Of a DNA stretch of 64,000 bases, positions 34,680 through 54,900 are shown piece after piece; the stretch's first letter is position 1; every line of letters starts with the position of its first letter. The position numbers and the translations under genes were made by a program. Under the pieces are notes generated by a model that searched no databases, had not been told where the DNA came from, and saw only the letters and a program-made list of their open reading frames with translations. Source of the stretch: Tubiluchus corallicola (taxonomy: Eukaryota > Animalia > Priapulida). The stretch is from assembly GCA_030141605.1 (NCBI GenBank), contig JAQGDQ010000734.1, forward strand, positions 41,540 through 105,539, read 5' to 3'.

Positions 34680-37600
34680 CCACTAGCGTCACCTAGTGGT
34701 AATTTATGGAGGGTTGTATCTGTGTATTTGTTCTCAGCATTATACAAGAACTCGGGATATTTAAGACAGTCCACGCGACTGCACCTTTAAAGCAGGGCCG
34801 TTGAACTGCGATCGTGTTCGATTGTAAATTGTGTAGTTTTGCACCTGGATATGCCTGGTTTCACTGTGACACCTTGCGGCAGCACAGGTGAATTCATCTG
34901 ATGTCTGCCATCGCTTGCAACTTCCGGTGACTCAAAGAAGCAAATTAGTCGACTCAAGATGCCAGATTTTATCCAAAAATCTATTTTCGTCTAAAATTCG
35001 TTATTTCTGAAGCAGATTTCTGCTTGTCGTAGATTAAAGAATTGACAAAACTGTCATCGTCATGGCAACCAATCATGTTCATAACTTCTAATCTAACCTG
35101 TCATTATGGTGTAATCGCTGGGGCTCTCCATGTGCATAAACGAATTTCTGGTCTTTGTATGCACATAAAAGGTTGTATTATAATAAAGTGTTTGTGTAGC
35201 GTTGTAGGTTGTAACTAGAATGGGAGGTAAGTTTTTTTTCATTGTGTGGAGTCATGTTTTTGGCCCCCACCCACTACACTACGAGCCTGGTGCTTATTTT
35301 AGCAATTTTTTGTCTCCATTGAAACGTTTTTGTATTGTGTTCTGTGTGGAGTTTTCCTCATAATTAGAGTCTTCTTCGACTTCTTACTCATTTCAACAGT
35401 TTTAGGTTGTACTTGTGTTGTAATTGAGCACAGAGTTGTGAGTTCATTTTAGTGGAAAGATTTAGTTACTAGTTTTGTAAAACTTTGATCTGTGCACAAC
35501 CATGCGTTTCAGTTTTTACATCGTTTCGTGTTTTAGTTTTGATATTTTTAAGTGAGCGAACATGTGTAAATAAATCTTTACTTAAGCCGAATGAGTTAAG
35601 TAATCTTTATTTTGAAAAACCTTAATGTTGGAGTTTCCACACTTTCTAATATTTACTTTTTAATTTTGATCAATGTAAGTCAGTCGTTTATCATATGAGA
35701 CGTGTGTGCTGCCCTCTAGACAGTAGAATATAAATCTTTGCTTGGCCTTTTATGAAAAGAATTTTATAATTTTTACTCTGTGTGCAGGTGGCTTACTTTC
35801 TTTTGAACAAAACTAGTGTAAACTTTTTAAAATGTTGTATTAATGTAGTTGATAATACGGTTGTAATATGTACAGTTTAGATTAAATATAGAGCAATCTT
35901 AATATAATAGTAATAATAATATATTAAGGCTTGATAAATGTTCACGGTTTCGATTTCTTAGTATGCAGATTAACCAAAAACTTTTTATCGGAATGTCAGT
36001 ACAGCGTTTCTTGAGTACCCAGATTTGGTTGGATCATTCTCAGAAAATTGCAGCTAAGGTTTCTGCTATTGCGTAGGAAAGTTCTTGGCCATCACACAGC
36101 TGCTGCTAATCACTGGTTGTAGGTGTATCTTATGCTTGTTTTCATCGTCGTTGATTCTTGTTAAGGGTTTTGCACAATCTTTTGTCTGTTCAACACATGG
36201 AATGTAGACCATGGAGTGAGGAAACCGTATCATTTCAACCCTCAGTCATTCATCTGAATACTCACTGCTTAATTAAACATTAACGTGTATTTCATTTAGT
36301 GTTACACACAACTCTGTATAATGATGCTGCTTGATTAGGATAAACTAAACATTTTTTCTCTTGTACATATTAGTTAGAGATCTGTTTTGTTGTAGTATGA
36401 TTTGTTTTTGTTTGTAAATCAGGTTACTGCTGAGCCTGAGTTTAATAACAGAGCAGTCCTGTGTCTGTACACAGGCAATATTGATTAATTATTGTTTTCA
36501 CTACAATATTCTTGTCAATTTTTATCGTGGAACTAGACGGTAGGCCTAATTGTATTTTTAATTACTTTAATTTAATTGCAGGTATTTGAGCCTTTGTTTA
36601 AAATTATTATATTAGTCTGAAATTGTCAGTCGGAGTGTACAGTTTGGGTTTTTGCCAATCCGTTTTCAATTTTCTCTCTTTAGTTAAGAGTGTTATCTTT
36701 CACAGGGTTGAGGGTGCAGTATTTTGTAGTTTGTGCTGGGTTGAGGGCCCAGTGTTCTCTAGTTTGTGTTATAGGATTACGGTATTTTTCGCGGAAAAAA
36801 TGTTCAGGACGCAATTTTTTTAGAAAAATGGTTTCAATTGTTGTGATTAGAGATTTTCAGGCATAACCGTGGTCAATCCTAGTGTTGTGGCGCCATCTAA
36901 GGTCACACAACAGAATCAAGTTTCACATACTTTGACTTGAGCTTGACGTCATTGCATTTTTCATGCTGGAGTCTATAAAGCTTTTAAATGTTTTCCAGTG
37001 TTAATGTATGTAATATTAATTATGATGTCTTGGTAAATATGACTGTATATATTATAACACGTTGTGAACTTCCTTTGCTGGTAGATATGACTAATTAGGC
37101 GAGTTTTTATTGCTGTCTGTTATTGTGTATATCTCTGTTGCAGTTTTTTCGCTTTTGTCACAGAGTAACTATTTAAATAAACAGTTTTACATACAAACTT
37201 GTTTTGCTTTGTACATTTATTTTTATTTGTTTATTACAAAGCGTATTAGTAAATGGTATATTAGTATTAGATACAATGCGCAGAGAGAAAACAGAATATA
37301 GTCGCCTCTTTATATATGCACTCTGGGATTGCAAAAAAAGTTGCCATGAAGAAAGTGGCATTATGATTGCAAATATGAGAGTTAATCATACTCGAATAAA
37401 CGATTCGTTCAAAAACAATCATTTTTATTACGAAAACGTTTGACTAACATTCTATGTAGGATGTCTATGTAACGACGTATGATGTCTGACCAGTGGCTAC
37501 AGCTCAAATGAACATACAGTAACCTGGTACAGTTCAGATTATATCAAGAAGCTGCAACTACCATTCGAGACTGCTAGCAGTATTTTCCCATTGAACATGT

Positions 37601-37732
37601 ATATATTTTTCAGATAAAGAATTCATTCTTAACAAATTAACAAACTTGTTATTGTGAATCACAGTTACTGAACAAGACACTCTACAACCTTAATGTCACC
37701 TAACAACTTGGTAATCTTTGCTACTCTTCGGT

Positions 37733-46001
<8,269 letters not shown>

Positions 46002-46096
46002 TGAGTCAGTGTACACAGATTATTGTCTCTTCAATCGTACATTGTGTTAAATTCATCAGTTATCAAACTAAATTGACAGAAAATTGTTTGCCGAGT

Positions 46097-46865
46097 TATA
46101 CGTTCCGTCGTCTAAAGAGCTATTGTGCCAGCACTCACATTCCAGGGTTGTACACCACGCTATACCTTCAGTCGTCTAAAGAGCTATTGTGCCAGCACTC
46201 ACATTCCAGGGTTGTACACCACGCTATACCTTCAGTCGTCTATAGAGCCATTGTGTCAGCACTCACATTCCAGGGTTGTACACCACGCTATACCTTCAGT
46301 CGTCTATAGAGCCATTGTGTCAGCACTCACATTCCAGGGTTGTACACCACACTATACCTTCAGTCGTCTATAGAGCTATTGTGCCAGCACTCACATTCCA
46401 GGGTTGTACACCACACTATACCTTCTGTCATCTAGAGAGCTATTGTGTCAGTACACACATTCGAGGGTTGTACAAGACACTATACCTTCTGTCATCTAGA
46501 AAGCTATTGTGTCAGCACTCACATTCCAGGGTTGTACACCATGCTATACCTTCAGTCGTCTATAGAGCCATTGTGTCAGCACTCACATTCCAGGGTTGTA
46601 CACCACGCTATACCTTCTGTCGTCTATAGAGCCATTGCGTCAGCACTCACATTCCAGGGTTGCACACCATGCTATACCTTCTGTCATCTATAGAGCCATT
46701 GTGTCAGCACTCACATTCCAGGGTTGCACACCACGCTATACCTTCTGTCGTCTATAGAGCCATTGTGTCAGCACTCACATTCCAGGGTTGCACACCACGC
46801 TATACCTTCTGTCATCTAGACAGCTATTGTTCAGCACTCACATTCGAGGGGTGTACACCACGCTA
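46097..46865. repeat. 64-bp minisatellite, about 12 copies, just upstream of the TRMU ATG exon
   Basis: Unit tataccttcagtcgtctatagagccattgtgtcagcactcacattccagggttgtacaccacgc. Confidence 0.95.
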
Positions 46866-47294
46866 AAAATATTAGTGACAAGCCGCAGTACTTAAAATTT
46901 CATATTAAAATTGCCCATAGCTATTCTACAGATACAAAATAATTTATTTGTCCCAATGGCTTAGCAAACAAGTAGCTGACTTAGAATTACGGTAGCAAGA
47001 AGCATGTCCTACTGTACAATAATGCACAATAATGTTAAACGACGCCAAGACGAGTATAAAAAGGAAAAATTTATAACAGCCAAAAGACTTAACACAACTC
47101 ACCGTCTGGATTCGTTGTGGTGAGATTAAATTACATTAGTTAATATCACGCAATTTTAATACCGATTATCTGCAGAATCTATAAAAACACAAAGCGCACA
47201 CCTGCTAAAATTAGGGCTGCTTTCTTTTTAATAATGTCATGTATAAACTCATCATCATAATTATCATGTGCCAGTTAAGTTAATTCACCACTTT

Positions 47295-47545
47295 CCATCA
47301 TCATCATCATCGCTATTGTTAAAGTAACCTTATCTAAAGAAGAATACCTTATCCAAAGAAATAAGGACCTAGATGGTAACTATCTATAAACGGTCCTCTC
47401 TCATATGCCTTTTGAAATAGTCAACTGATGAAGCACTGATGGTTGATGATGAAAGATGATTCCATGGTGAGCCACACGATGCCCAAAGAAATGTGATCAG
47501 ACCGTTACGTCAATTGTAGACATTGGGCAAAGCAGAATTCTAAAA
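47295..47545 (-). mobile_element. CR1/L2-like LINE 3' remnant
   Basis: Minus-strand translation PWNHLSSSTISASSVDYFKRHM resembles the WNxLP...FK terminal motif; (gat)n tail follows. Confidence 0.55.
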
Positions 47546-47558
47546 TAGAAGAAATCCG

Positions 47559-48278
47559 GGCGCTATTACACTTTCGCACCGCCTAGCTTTTTATAGGTTA
47601 TTACTCGTTTTTAGGCTCGTAAGTCATCATTCTATTATTCTTACGTCATCAGTGAATGTTTCCGCTAATCTAATTGTAATTTAATCTTATTTAGGCATAA
47701 TTACCAATAATTACGCTGTATTCACAGTTCGACACAGTATCGCCATCTTGTTTTGTGTGTGTGGTCACGTGACGAATTTCGTACTAGTTTATGCATTATC
47801 AGGGCCTAGCTTAAAAGGCACGTGACACACTTTCATCTTCACCGCATTTACGAAATAAAGAAAAAACCTTTACTTTTTTTATAATCTAATAGTAATAATA
47901 CTACAGTAATAAATAAAATTAATGATAAATAACTGTTCCGTTCCAGGCCCACCCGCGATACGATACAAACTCTCGTAGCTGCAACCCTAATAATCATAAA
48001 TTATGCGAAGAAACTAAAAATACAGGTTAAGGGCCACACGTCACTGCGCGAGAGCGATTGCGCATCAGTGATGTAAACACGGTTATTCACGTGCAGCTTT
48101 TAATGGCGGCTGTAGGTAAGTAATGCATGATTTTAATCTGGACTTATAAAGCGTACGCAGCAATAATGTTATGGGAATATGGTGTATATTACGCCTGTTG
48201 GTCTGCTTTCTGGCCTGCAGGCGTGAAAACAACCAATAGGCCAGGAAAAGCTAGGCGGTGCGAAAGTGTAATAGCGCC
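47559..48278. mobile_element. Merlin-like non-autonomous DNA transposon, copy 1 (720 bp)
   Basis: Perfect 33-bp TIR ggcgctattacactttcgcaccgcctagctttt; 8-bp TSD gaaatccg (47551-58 / 48279-86). Confidence 0.88.
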
Positions 48279-48376
48279 GAAATCCGCCCTCAAAACATGT
48301 AAACATAGCAATAATCCAGCAAAAAACTAGACACTATTATACAAATCTGGATGCAAAAAAGCTACTTTCAACATTT

Positions 48377-49104
48377 GGCGCTATTACACTTTCGCACCGC
48401 CTAGCTTTTTATAGGTTATTACGCGTTTTTAGGCTCGTAAGTCATCATTCTATTATTCTTACGTCATCAGTGAATGTTTCCGCTAATCTAATTGTAATTT
48501 AATCCTATTTAGGCATAATTACCAATAATTACGCTGTATTCACAGTTCGACACAGTATCGCCATCTTGTTTGTGTGTGTGGTCACGTGACGAATTTCGTA
48601 CTAGTTTATGCATTATCAGGGCCTAGCTTAAAAGCACGTGACACACTTTCATCTTCACCGCATTTACGAAATAAAGAAAAAACCTTTACTTTTTTATAAT
48701 CTAATAGTAATAATACTACAGTAATAAATAAAATTAATGATAAATAACTGTTCCGTTCCAGGCCCACCCGCGATACGATACAAACTCTCGTAGATGCAAC
48801 CCTAATAATCATAAATTATGCGAAGAAACTAAAAATACAGGTTAAGGGCCACACGTCAATGCGCGAGAGCGACTGCGCAGCAGTGATGTAAACACGGTTA
48901 TTCACGTGCAGCTTTTAATGGCGGCTGTAGGTAAGTAATGCATGATTTTAATCTGATTTTAATCTGGACTTATAAAGCGTACGCCGCAATAATATTATGG
49001 GAATATGGTGTATATTACGCCTGTTGGTCTGCTTTCTGGCCTGCAGGCGTGAAAACAACCAATAGGCCAGGAAAAGCTAGGCGGTGCGAAAGTGTAATAG
49101 CGCC
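48377..49104. mobile_element. Merlin-like non-autonomous DNA transposon, copy 2 (728 bp)
   Basis: Same TIRs; different 8-bp TSD caacattt (48369-76 / 49105-12). Confidence 0.88.
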
Positions 49105-49629
49105 CAACATTTTTCATTACGTTCGAGGAAATAGAAGAAATCTTTGAAACGGTTGACCATGTGCTACAAATTTACAAACAAACGCGTTTCCATGGACGCC
49201 GTTCTGCTTTAAGGTTAATAAAAACATCAGTCTGTAATTAATAACCAACAATTTAATTTTAACAATTACAGTAGGCATAATTAAAAAAAGAGCGCATCGT
49301 CATTACAGGATAGTTTGACCGCTACAGTGAGGCTTATATTTAATGTGTAATGAGCCTATGCCAACTAGCACTTACGGTGGCTGAGCGAAGGCAAAAGTCA
49401 TAGGCTTAATAGCGCATAGGGTTTAGTTTACGTCGTTATGGCGCCTATACAATTGCGCTAACTACATGAATTCAACTGTGGTACTTTGCTTGAATTTCAT
49501 TAAGCCTACTGAACGTCTAAAGACTTGAGTCGAGTGAACACTGAGTCACTTTAAAAGGATTAGCTTCACGAGTCTTTGTGGCTGGCAAAGGAAAAAGAAA
49601 TTCAAAAAGATTGAAGAACAAGTCTGACC

Positions 49630-51345
49630 ATGGATAATACCAAACCATTGTATAGGAAGCCTAGGCCCACAAAAGTGAAACCGCTCTTACTCGAGATGCA
49701 GGCTGCATTTAAGAAAGCAAATGCTGGTCAGACTATAATAGCAGAGAATGAAATAATAGAACTGGCCGAAATTACTGACCCTTATAATCCAAATGAGCAT
49801 GTACTTATATGTAATCACCAAACAGAACAGGTTACAATATCTCCCCACAAAAGTCTTTCTCCTGGAGAGGACGAATCATCAGCAAATACCGACAAGACAG
49901 AAGAAGCTAAAGTTTTAAAAGAAGGCAACAAACAGTCTACAATTCATGTATATTCTGAGGAAAAGGGAATCCAAGATACAGAAAAAGCAGCAACTTGTCA
50001 AAAAGAAGACACACCCAAAAAAGTGTTTGCAGTCAGACCACTGGAACAGTATGACTATACTGTAATACAGCGTCTACTCGTAGGACCTGAACAGTGGTCT
50101 GTTAGAGAGCAAGTGGAAATGTGTGCACTGATTCTCTCTAGGAGGGCATATGGTAGCATAACAAAGATTCTGGAAGCACGGATAAAAGAAAAACCTTCGG
50201 AGAAAACCCTCTTAAAACCTGTGCAACTTGACTTATCGGGAATTGAACCATTTCAACAGCGAATTCCAAAGTACCAGTACCTTTTAGAAATTGCCTGGTT
50301 AGTGAGAACTTATCTACGCAGAGTAGCTAGTTCGAAGGGCCTGAAGACAGCATTGAAACTGCTACCTAGTGATTCCACATCAGAGAAATTGGAAGTGGAA
50401 TGTAATTTCAACATTCGGAAAGAAGTCATTCGGTCTGTACAACAGACACAAGAGACAATAGGTGTACGGTCCCTAGGGAAATTGACAAGAGAAATTGATG
50501 TAGACGAGGGCATCAGTTCCAGTGAACTTGCTGTGTTGCACAGTCTGGCAAATGACGGTACCCAACTAAACCTAAAAGCCCATTTCATATCAGAGATGCC
50601 AGACATCCAACCAATTGAACAGACATTAACATACCTAAACATATCATACAACAACCTCAAAACCTTGCCAGACTCTATTTCAGCTTGCCGTAACTTACAA
50701 TGCTTGAAGATGCGTAACAATCCAATAGCCAAGATACCAAATTGGATAGAAACACTGGATAATTTACGCACATTCGTTGCATCGTTTTGTGCTCTGACAA
50801 CTCTGCCGATATCATTGTACAAACTCTCTCAGCTTGTGGTCATAGATGTTTCATATAATCACATCACCTCACTGTCGAGTGCCATAAGTAACATGAAAAC
50901 TCTCACCATATTGAATTTGACAGGTAATGAATTACTTGCTCTACCTGCTGGCATCATACAGTTAGAAAATCTCAAACACTTGTATGTAAAGAATAACCTA
51001 ATGCATCCAGACTTCAGATATAGACAAAGGCAAACACCACAACCTCTAAAAGACATAGCTGGCACGAAAATACTTAAGGATAAATTGGACGTTCCACAAA
51101 GCAAGCTACAACTCATCAAACCTTTGAGTGTCTGTGACTGTTGTCAAGGTCCTCTAGTAGGGACAGGGCTTAGAATTATCATGTCCTCTAAGAAAATGTT
51201 TGGGATCAAAGGCATCCCATTTCTATTCCGTAGCTGTTCACCAAGCTGCTTCTCCAAATTTTGCAAACAAACCAAAGAAGAGCTGTCTCAGTACCTGTAC
51301 CAAAGCAAGAAATGTCAGCTACACAAGAGCAGGAAATCCAACTAA
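49630..51345 (+). CDS. LRRC63: Leucine-rich repeat protein, LRRC63-like, single coding exon, 571 aa
   Basis: Kozak-like gaccATGg; about 6 LRRs (LTYLNISYNNL...); C-terminal CDCCQGP...FGIKGIPFLFRSCSPSC motif, which I recall as LRRC63-type. Confidence 0.8.
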   Translation: MDNTKPLYRKPRPTKVKPLLLEMQAAFKKANAGQTIIAENEIIELAEITDPYNPNEHVLICNHQTEQVTISPHKSLSPGEDESSANTDKTEEAKVLKEGNKQSTIHVYSEEKGIQDTEKAATCQKEDTPKKVFAVRPLEQYDYTVIQRLLVGPEQWSVREQVEMCALILSRRAYGSITKILEARIKEKPSEKTLLKPVQLDLSGIEPFQQRIPKYQYLLEIAWLVRTYLRRVASSKGLKTALKLLPSDSTSEKLEVECNFNIRKEVIRSVQQTQETIGVRSLGKLTREIDVDEGISSSELAVLHSLANDGTQLNLKAHFISEMPDIQPIEQTLTYLNISYNNLKTLPDSISACRNLQCLKMRNNPIAKIPNWIETLDNLRTFVASFCALTTLPISLYKLSQLVVIDVSYNHITSLSSAISNMKTLTILNLTGNELLALPAGIIQLENLKHLYVKNNLMHPDFRYRQRQTPQPLKDIAGTKILKDKLDVPQSKLQLIKPLSVCDCCQGPLVGTGLRIIMSSKKMFGIKGIPFLFRSCSPSCFSKFCKQTKEELSQYLYQSKKCQLHKSRKSN

Positions 51346-51921
51346 AAGAGACACTTTCTCATTTATATGGTTTGTTTTAAAATAAATTTACTGCCTGATT
51401 GAGGAAAATTGTAATATAAAGCTTAACAATCAACTTGTTCAGTAAGTATGACACTATGTTTTGCTTTGTGACATAATTCACAAAATACAACTATACTAAT
51501 AAACATGTAGTTGTTTATTCACAAATTTACAAGCAATAATACAATCTATACAAAATATATAAACGACAAGAAGGACACGAGTATTATACCATCATTAAAA
51601 CAACATGCATTAAAGGAATGTTCTATCACTGTACAAGAATCACACAAATACCCCATATACATAACACTGTAAACTGCACCCTGCAGACAATATCTTAAAT
51701 AACATGAACTGTGATAATACATACACCACACTAGTAATAAGATAAATCATTGCTGGTCATACTTATCAATGCAGGTAAAAGCAAGTCATTAACAGTAAAA
51801 AAGACACATGAAGTACAATATAGTTAGTTAATATAAAACAAATATGCGTGTTTTATAATTTTGCTACTGTCCTGTCTATTCCACATGCAATGTAGTTTCA
51901 GTAAACCTCTAAGCCACAGGT

Positions 51922-54900
51922 CTAATCCATCTGAATTGAAAGTTGGAGGCCGCCAGTACACTCCCTGTATCTCAGTCTCATTACTTTAACAAAGTCATCC
52001 CGGTCAAACTGATTTTGGAAGCGAAAACGATAAGTCAACTTACGAGGCGACTTCACTGACTCTGTAGCTTGATCAGAAGCAGCGTAGTGTTCTTTTGTTA
52101 CATCGACAACGAACGTCTCATCGACAAAGATTATAACAATTTCACGTGACTCTGGATGAATGGTGACACCGCGGCAAGTGTCCAGCTGGTGAACGATGAA
52201 ATCGTCGAAGCGAAAATGTCGCGGGACATCCCGTGCAAAATCAGGAATGGGGTAATGCACGTGATCCTCCACGCAAGTCGCACAATATGAGTTTGTTACC
52301 ACCAAAGTTCGTGCGTGTGCCACTTCTAATATCTGATGGACAGCAAATGTGGACACGACAGTTACGTCCCACTGATTTGTCTTCAAACCAACAGCGGTCA
52401 CCGTCTCACTAATTAGAAACTGGATCTCCTCCAAAGCTTCATCATTTTGATAAATAAATTTCACTTTACTGGGGTGAATGAAATCGGAGGTGGAGCGAGC
52501 CGAGGTGGGAAAATACGCTGTGTAGAAATCTGTCTCAGAATTCGCTCTTTCTGGGGTTTCCGGAGATGGGGTCCGTAGCATGCCAGACAAGCACGTTGAT
52601 AATTTGTCCACAAACAGTTGCGTCGTGTTGGCATTGCGTGTTACACACGTCACCGTCTGCAAACCACATTTACCAGTCAATCGAAACTTATGCTCGGCGA
52701 GTCCGACATAGACCTCCTTTAAGTTCCTTAGTGGTAAACTCTTGACGACAACTCCATCCTTGGTTATCGTGGTGACTGTTTCATCATCAGTGACATCTGG
52801 TCTTTGTAGGTACATGAAGTAGATGGTTCTGGTACTCATCATCACAAAGGCAGCATGTTCTATCAGCTCAGGGGTTGTGTAGAGTAAAATGTTAGCCCAG
52901 GTGATGTGACGCAGCTCTTCTCTGCTCTCGCTTGCTGCAATATGCTCGTGAAAGTATTTCACTACCTCTCTGCCAGACAAAAAAGCAACATACAGCATCT
53001 CAGATGGCAGATCAAGGTTGTCTGCAGCCATATTGTTGCAGGCAGATAGGTGTTCTATTAGAGCATCACAAGGGTAGTTCAAAGCTAATGACAGTGGGGT
53101 GGACAGAGACTGAGACAAATCAGATGCTCTTACTCTTTGCCTTGGCGATTCAACAACACTAGCTGCAATATCAGAATCTACAGTTGCTTCTCGTAAAAGT
53201 ATTCGGAAATGCTCTCCACGTTTATCATCATCTGCATTTGATGGAGCTTCCACGACACCTTCAAATACATTTGTGACATCCGTTTCGTGTGGTTTAGAAT
53301 AATCAACGTTTTGCTTTTGAGATATACTCTCATCAAGTTGTCTATCATTAACTAGGATAGATTTGTCTGGAGAAGCTACCAAGTCGTTTACAAATTCTTC
53401 TGCATTGACATCACTACACTCCACCTGCTTGTCATTGTGATCTGAGTTGAAAGTATCATCACTCTTGCTGTTGCAACCTTGAAATGTACCATCCTTTTCA
53501 ACTGCATCAATAATTTCATTTGAAGGGTGCGAGTCCAATACCTTCAATGAGTCATCTGCATATTCCTGGCTTTCAGGAGTTGCCGAAGTGCGTTCAAAGA
53601 CATCTTGCATCGTAGAGGTTTCGCTGATACTGCTGCCACCTGTCGTGAAGTATGCACGTCGTTCCTCGTCCACGCTATCCTGACTCCCGCTGCTGCTCAT
53701 GCGGGCCAAGTCAAGAAAATGAGGTGCTTGCAAGACCTTCCTCTGGGCCGAGCTAAGCAGCATCCGCTTCTGCTCCCGACATCGACACATTTCAAAAATA
53801 AGCGAATCTCTTGTTTCTTCTGAAGTTAAACAAATGTCCAGCGACTGTGGCGACATCTTTGCTGAATCTTTTTCAACTGTCTTGCCACTGTCAATGATGC
53901 TATTCGTACAGGTTGCTTTGACATAATTTACTTTTGCAACATCATTATTTTGCAGTTCAAAATTGCTGAGATTATTTATTGTTGTATTTGTATTCTTTTC
54001 CAACTGCGAGTCCAAACATGCATTAAATATAACCCGTATGCCATAAACATAGTAACAGAAATAGCGCTCGTCAAATTTACTAATAGACTGAATAGAGCCA
54101 CTTTCTAATGCAAATAAGCACTGAAACTGATCGCATTTCAGTTCTTCCTGTTCGGAGAGAAAAAGAGGTGGCGGGAAAGTGAAGACGTCTTCCACAATCA
54201 CGTAGAAATAACTGGAAGACAAGACAACAGCAAAAATTCTGCCCAGCTTATGGCACTGAGGTGCACGAATTCGTCCGTGCAGATAGTGCACAACAGTGAC
54301 TGCATCTTTGTCTGGCAAACACTCAATCCTGTTCAGCACAGACTTCAAATACTTCTCGTAAACATCTGAAGGGTACACAATATCCGGTAAACCTGGAATG
54401 TCAGCCATGCGCTGCTTGAGTCTATAGGCTTTCTCGTAGGCTTCTAAGATCTCATCACACTTTTCAGCATCGCAGGTAAGAACGGTGAATACACCCGATT
54501 CATTCTGAAATGCCTGTTCAAATCGAACGGATAAACGATACGGTCCGACGACGATGCGCTGTACGTTCTCGAGTTGCAATACGTACCACGTGTCCAGACG
54601 AGGAATCTGACCTTCCTCGAGTGGAATGTCTTCTACTTGAAACACACAGAGCTTTTCGCTTGTCACGACAACACACGCAGGCACCTCCGCGTCCCGTTTC
54701 AGAAGTGACATGCATATGCACCAACCAATGTACAGTATCTGCTCAGTTTGGTGAAGTCGGCTTCTGGGATTTAAAATGCTACTGAGAAATGGATCAGCGG
54801 ATTGAACCGTAGCGGCCGAAACGATAGACTTTATATAACCAACAAATCGAGGGTTGCCTGCAGCCACTATTTGTACGGGCAAGAACTCCTCTTTGCTACT

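Noticed and set aside
34238-34774. 178-aa minus-strand ORF
   Set aside because: Antisense shadow of the L1CAM last exon
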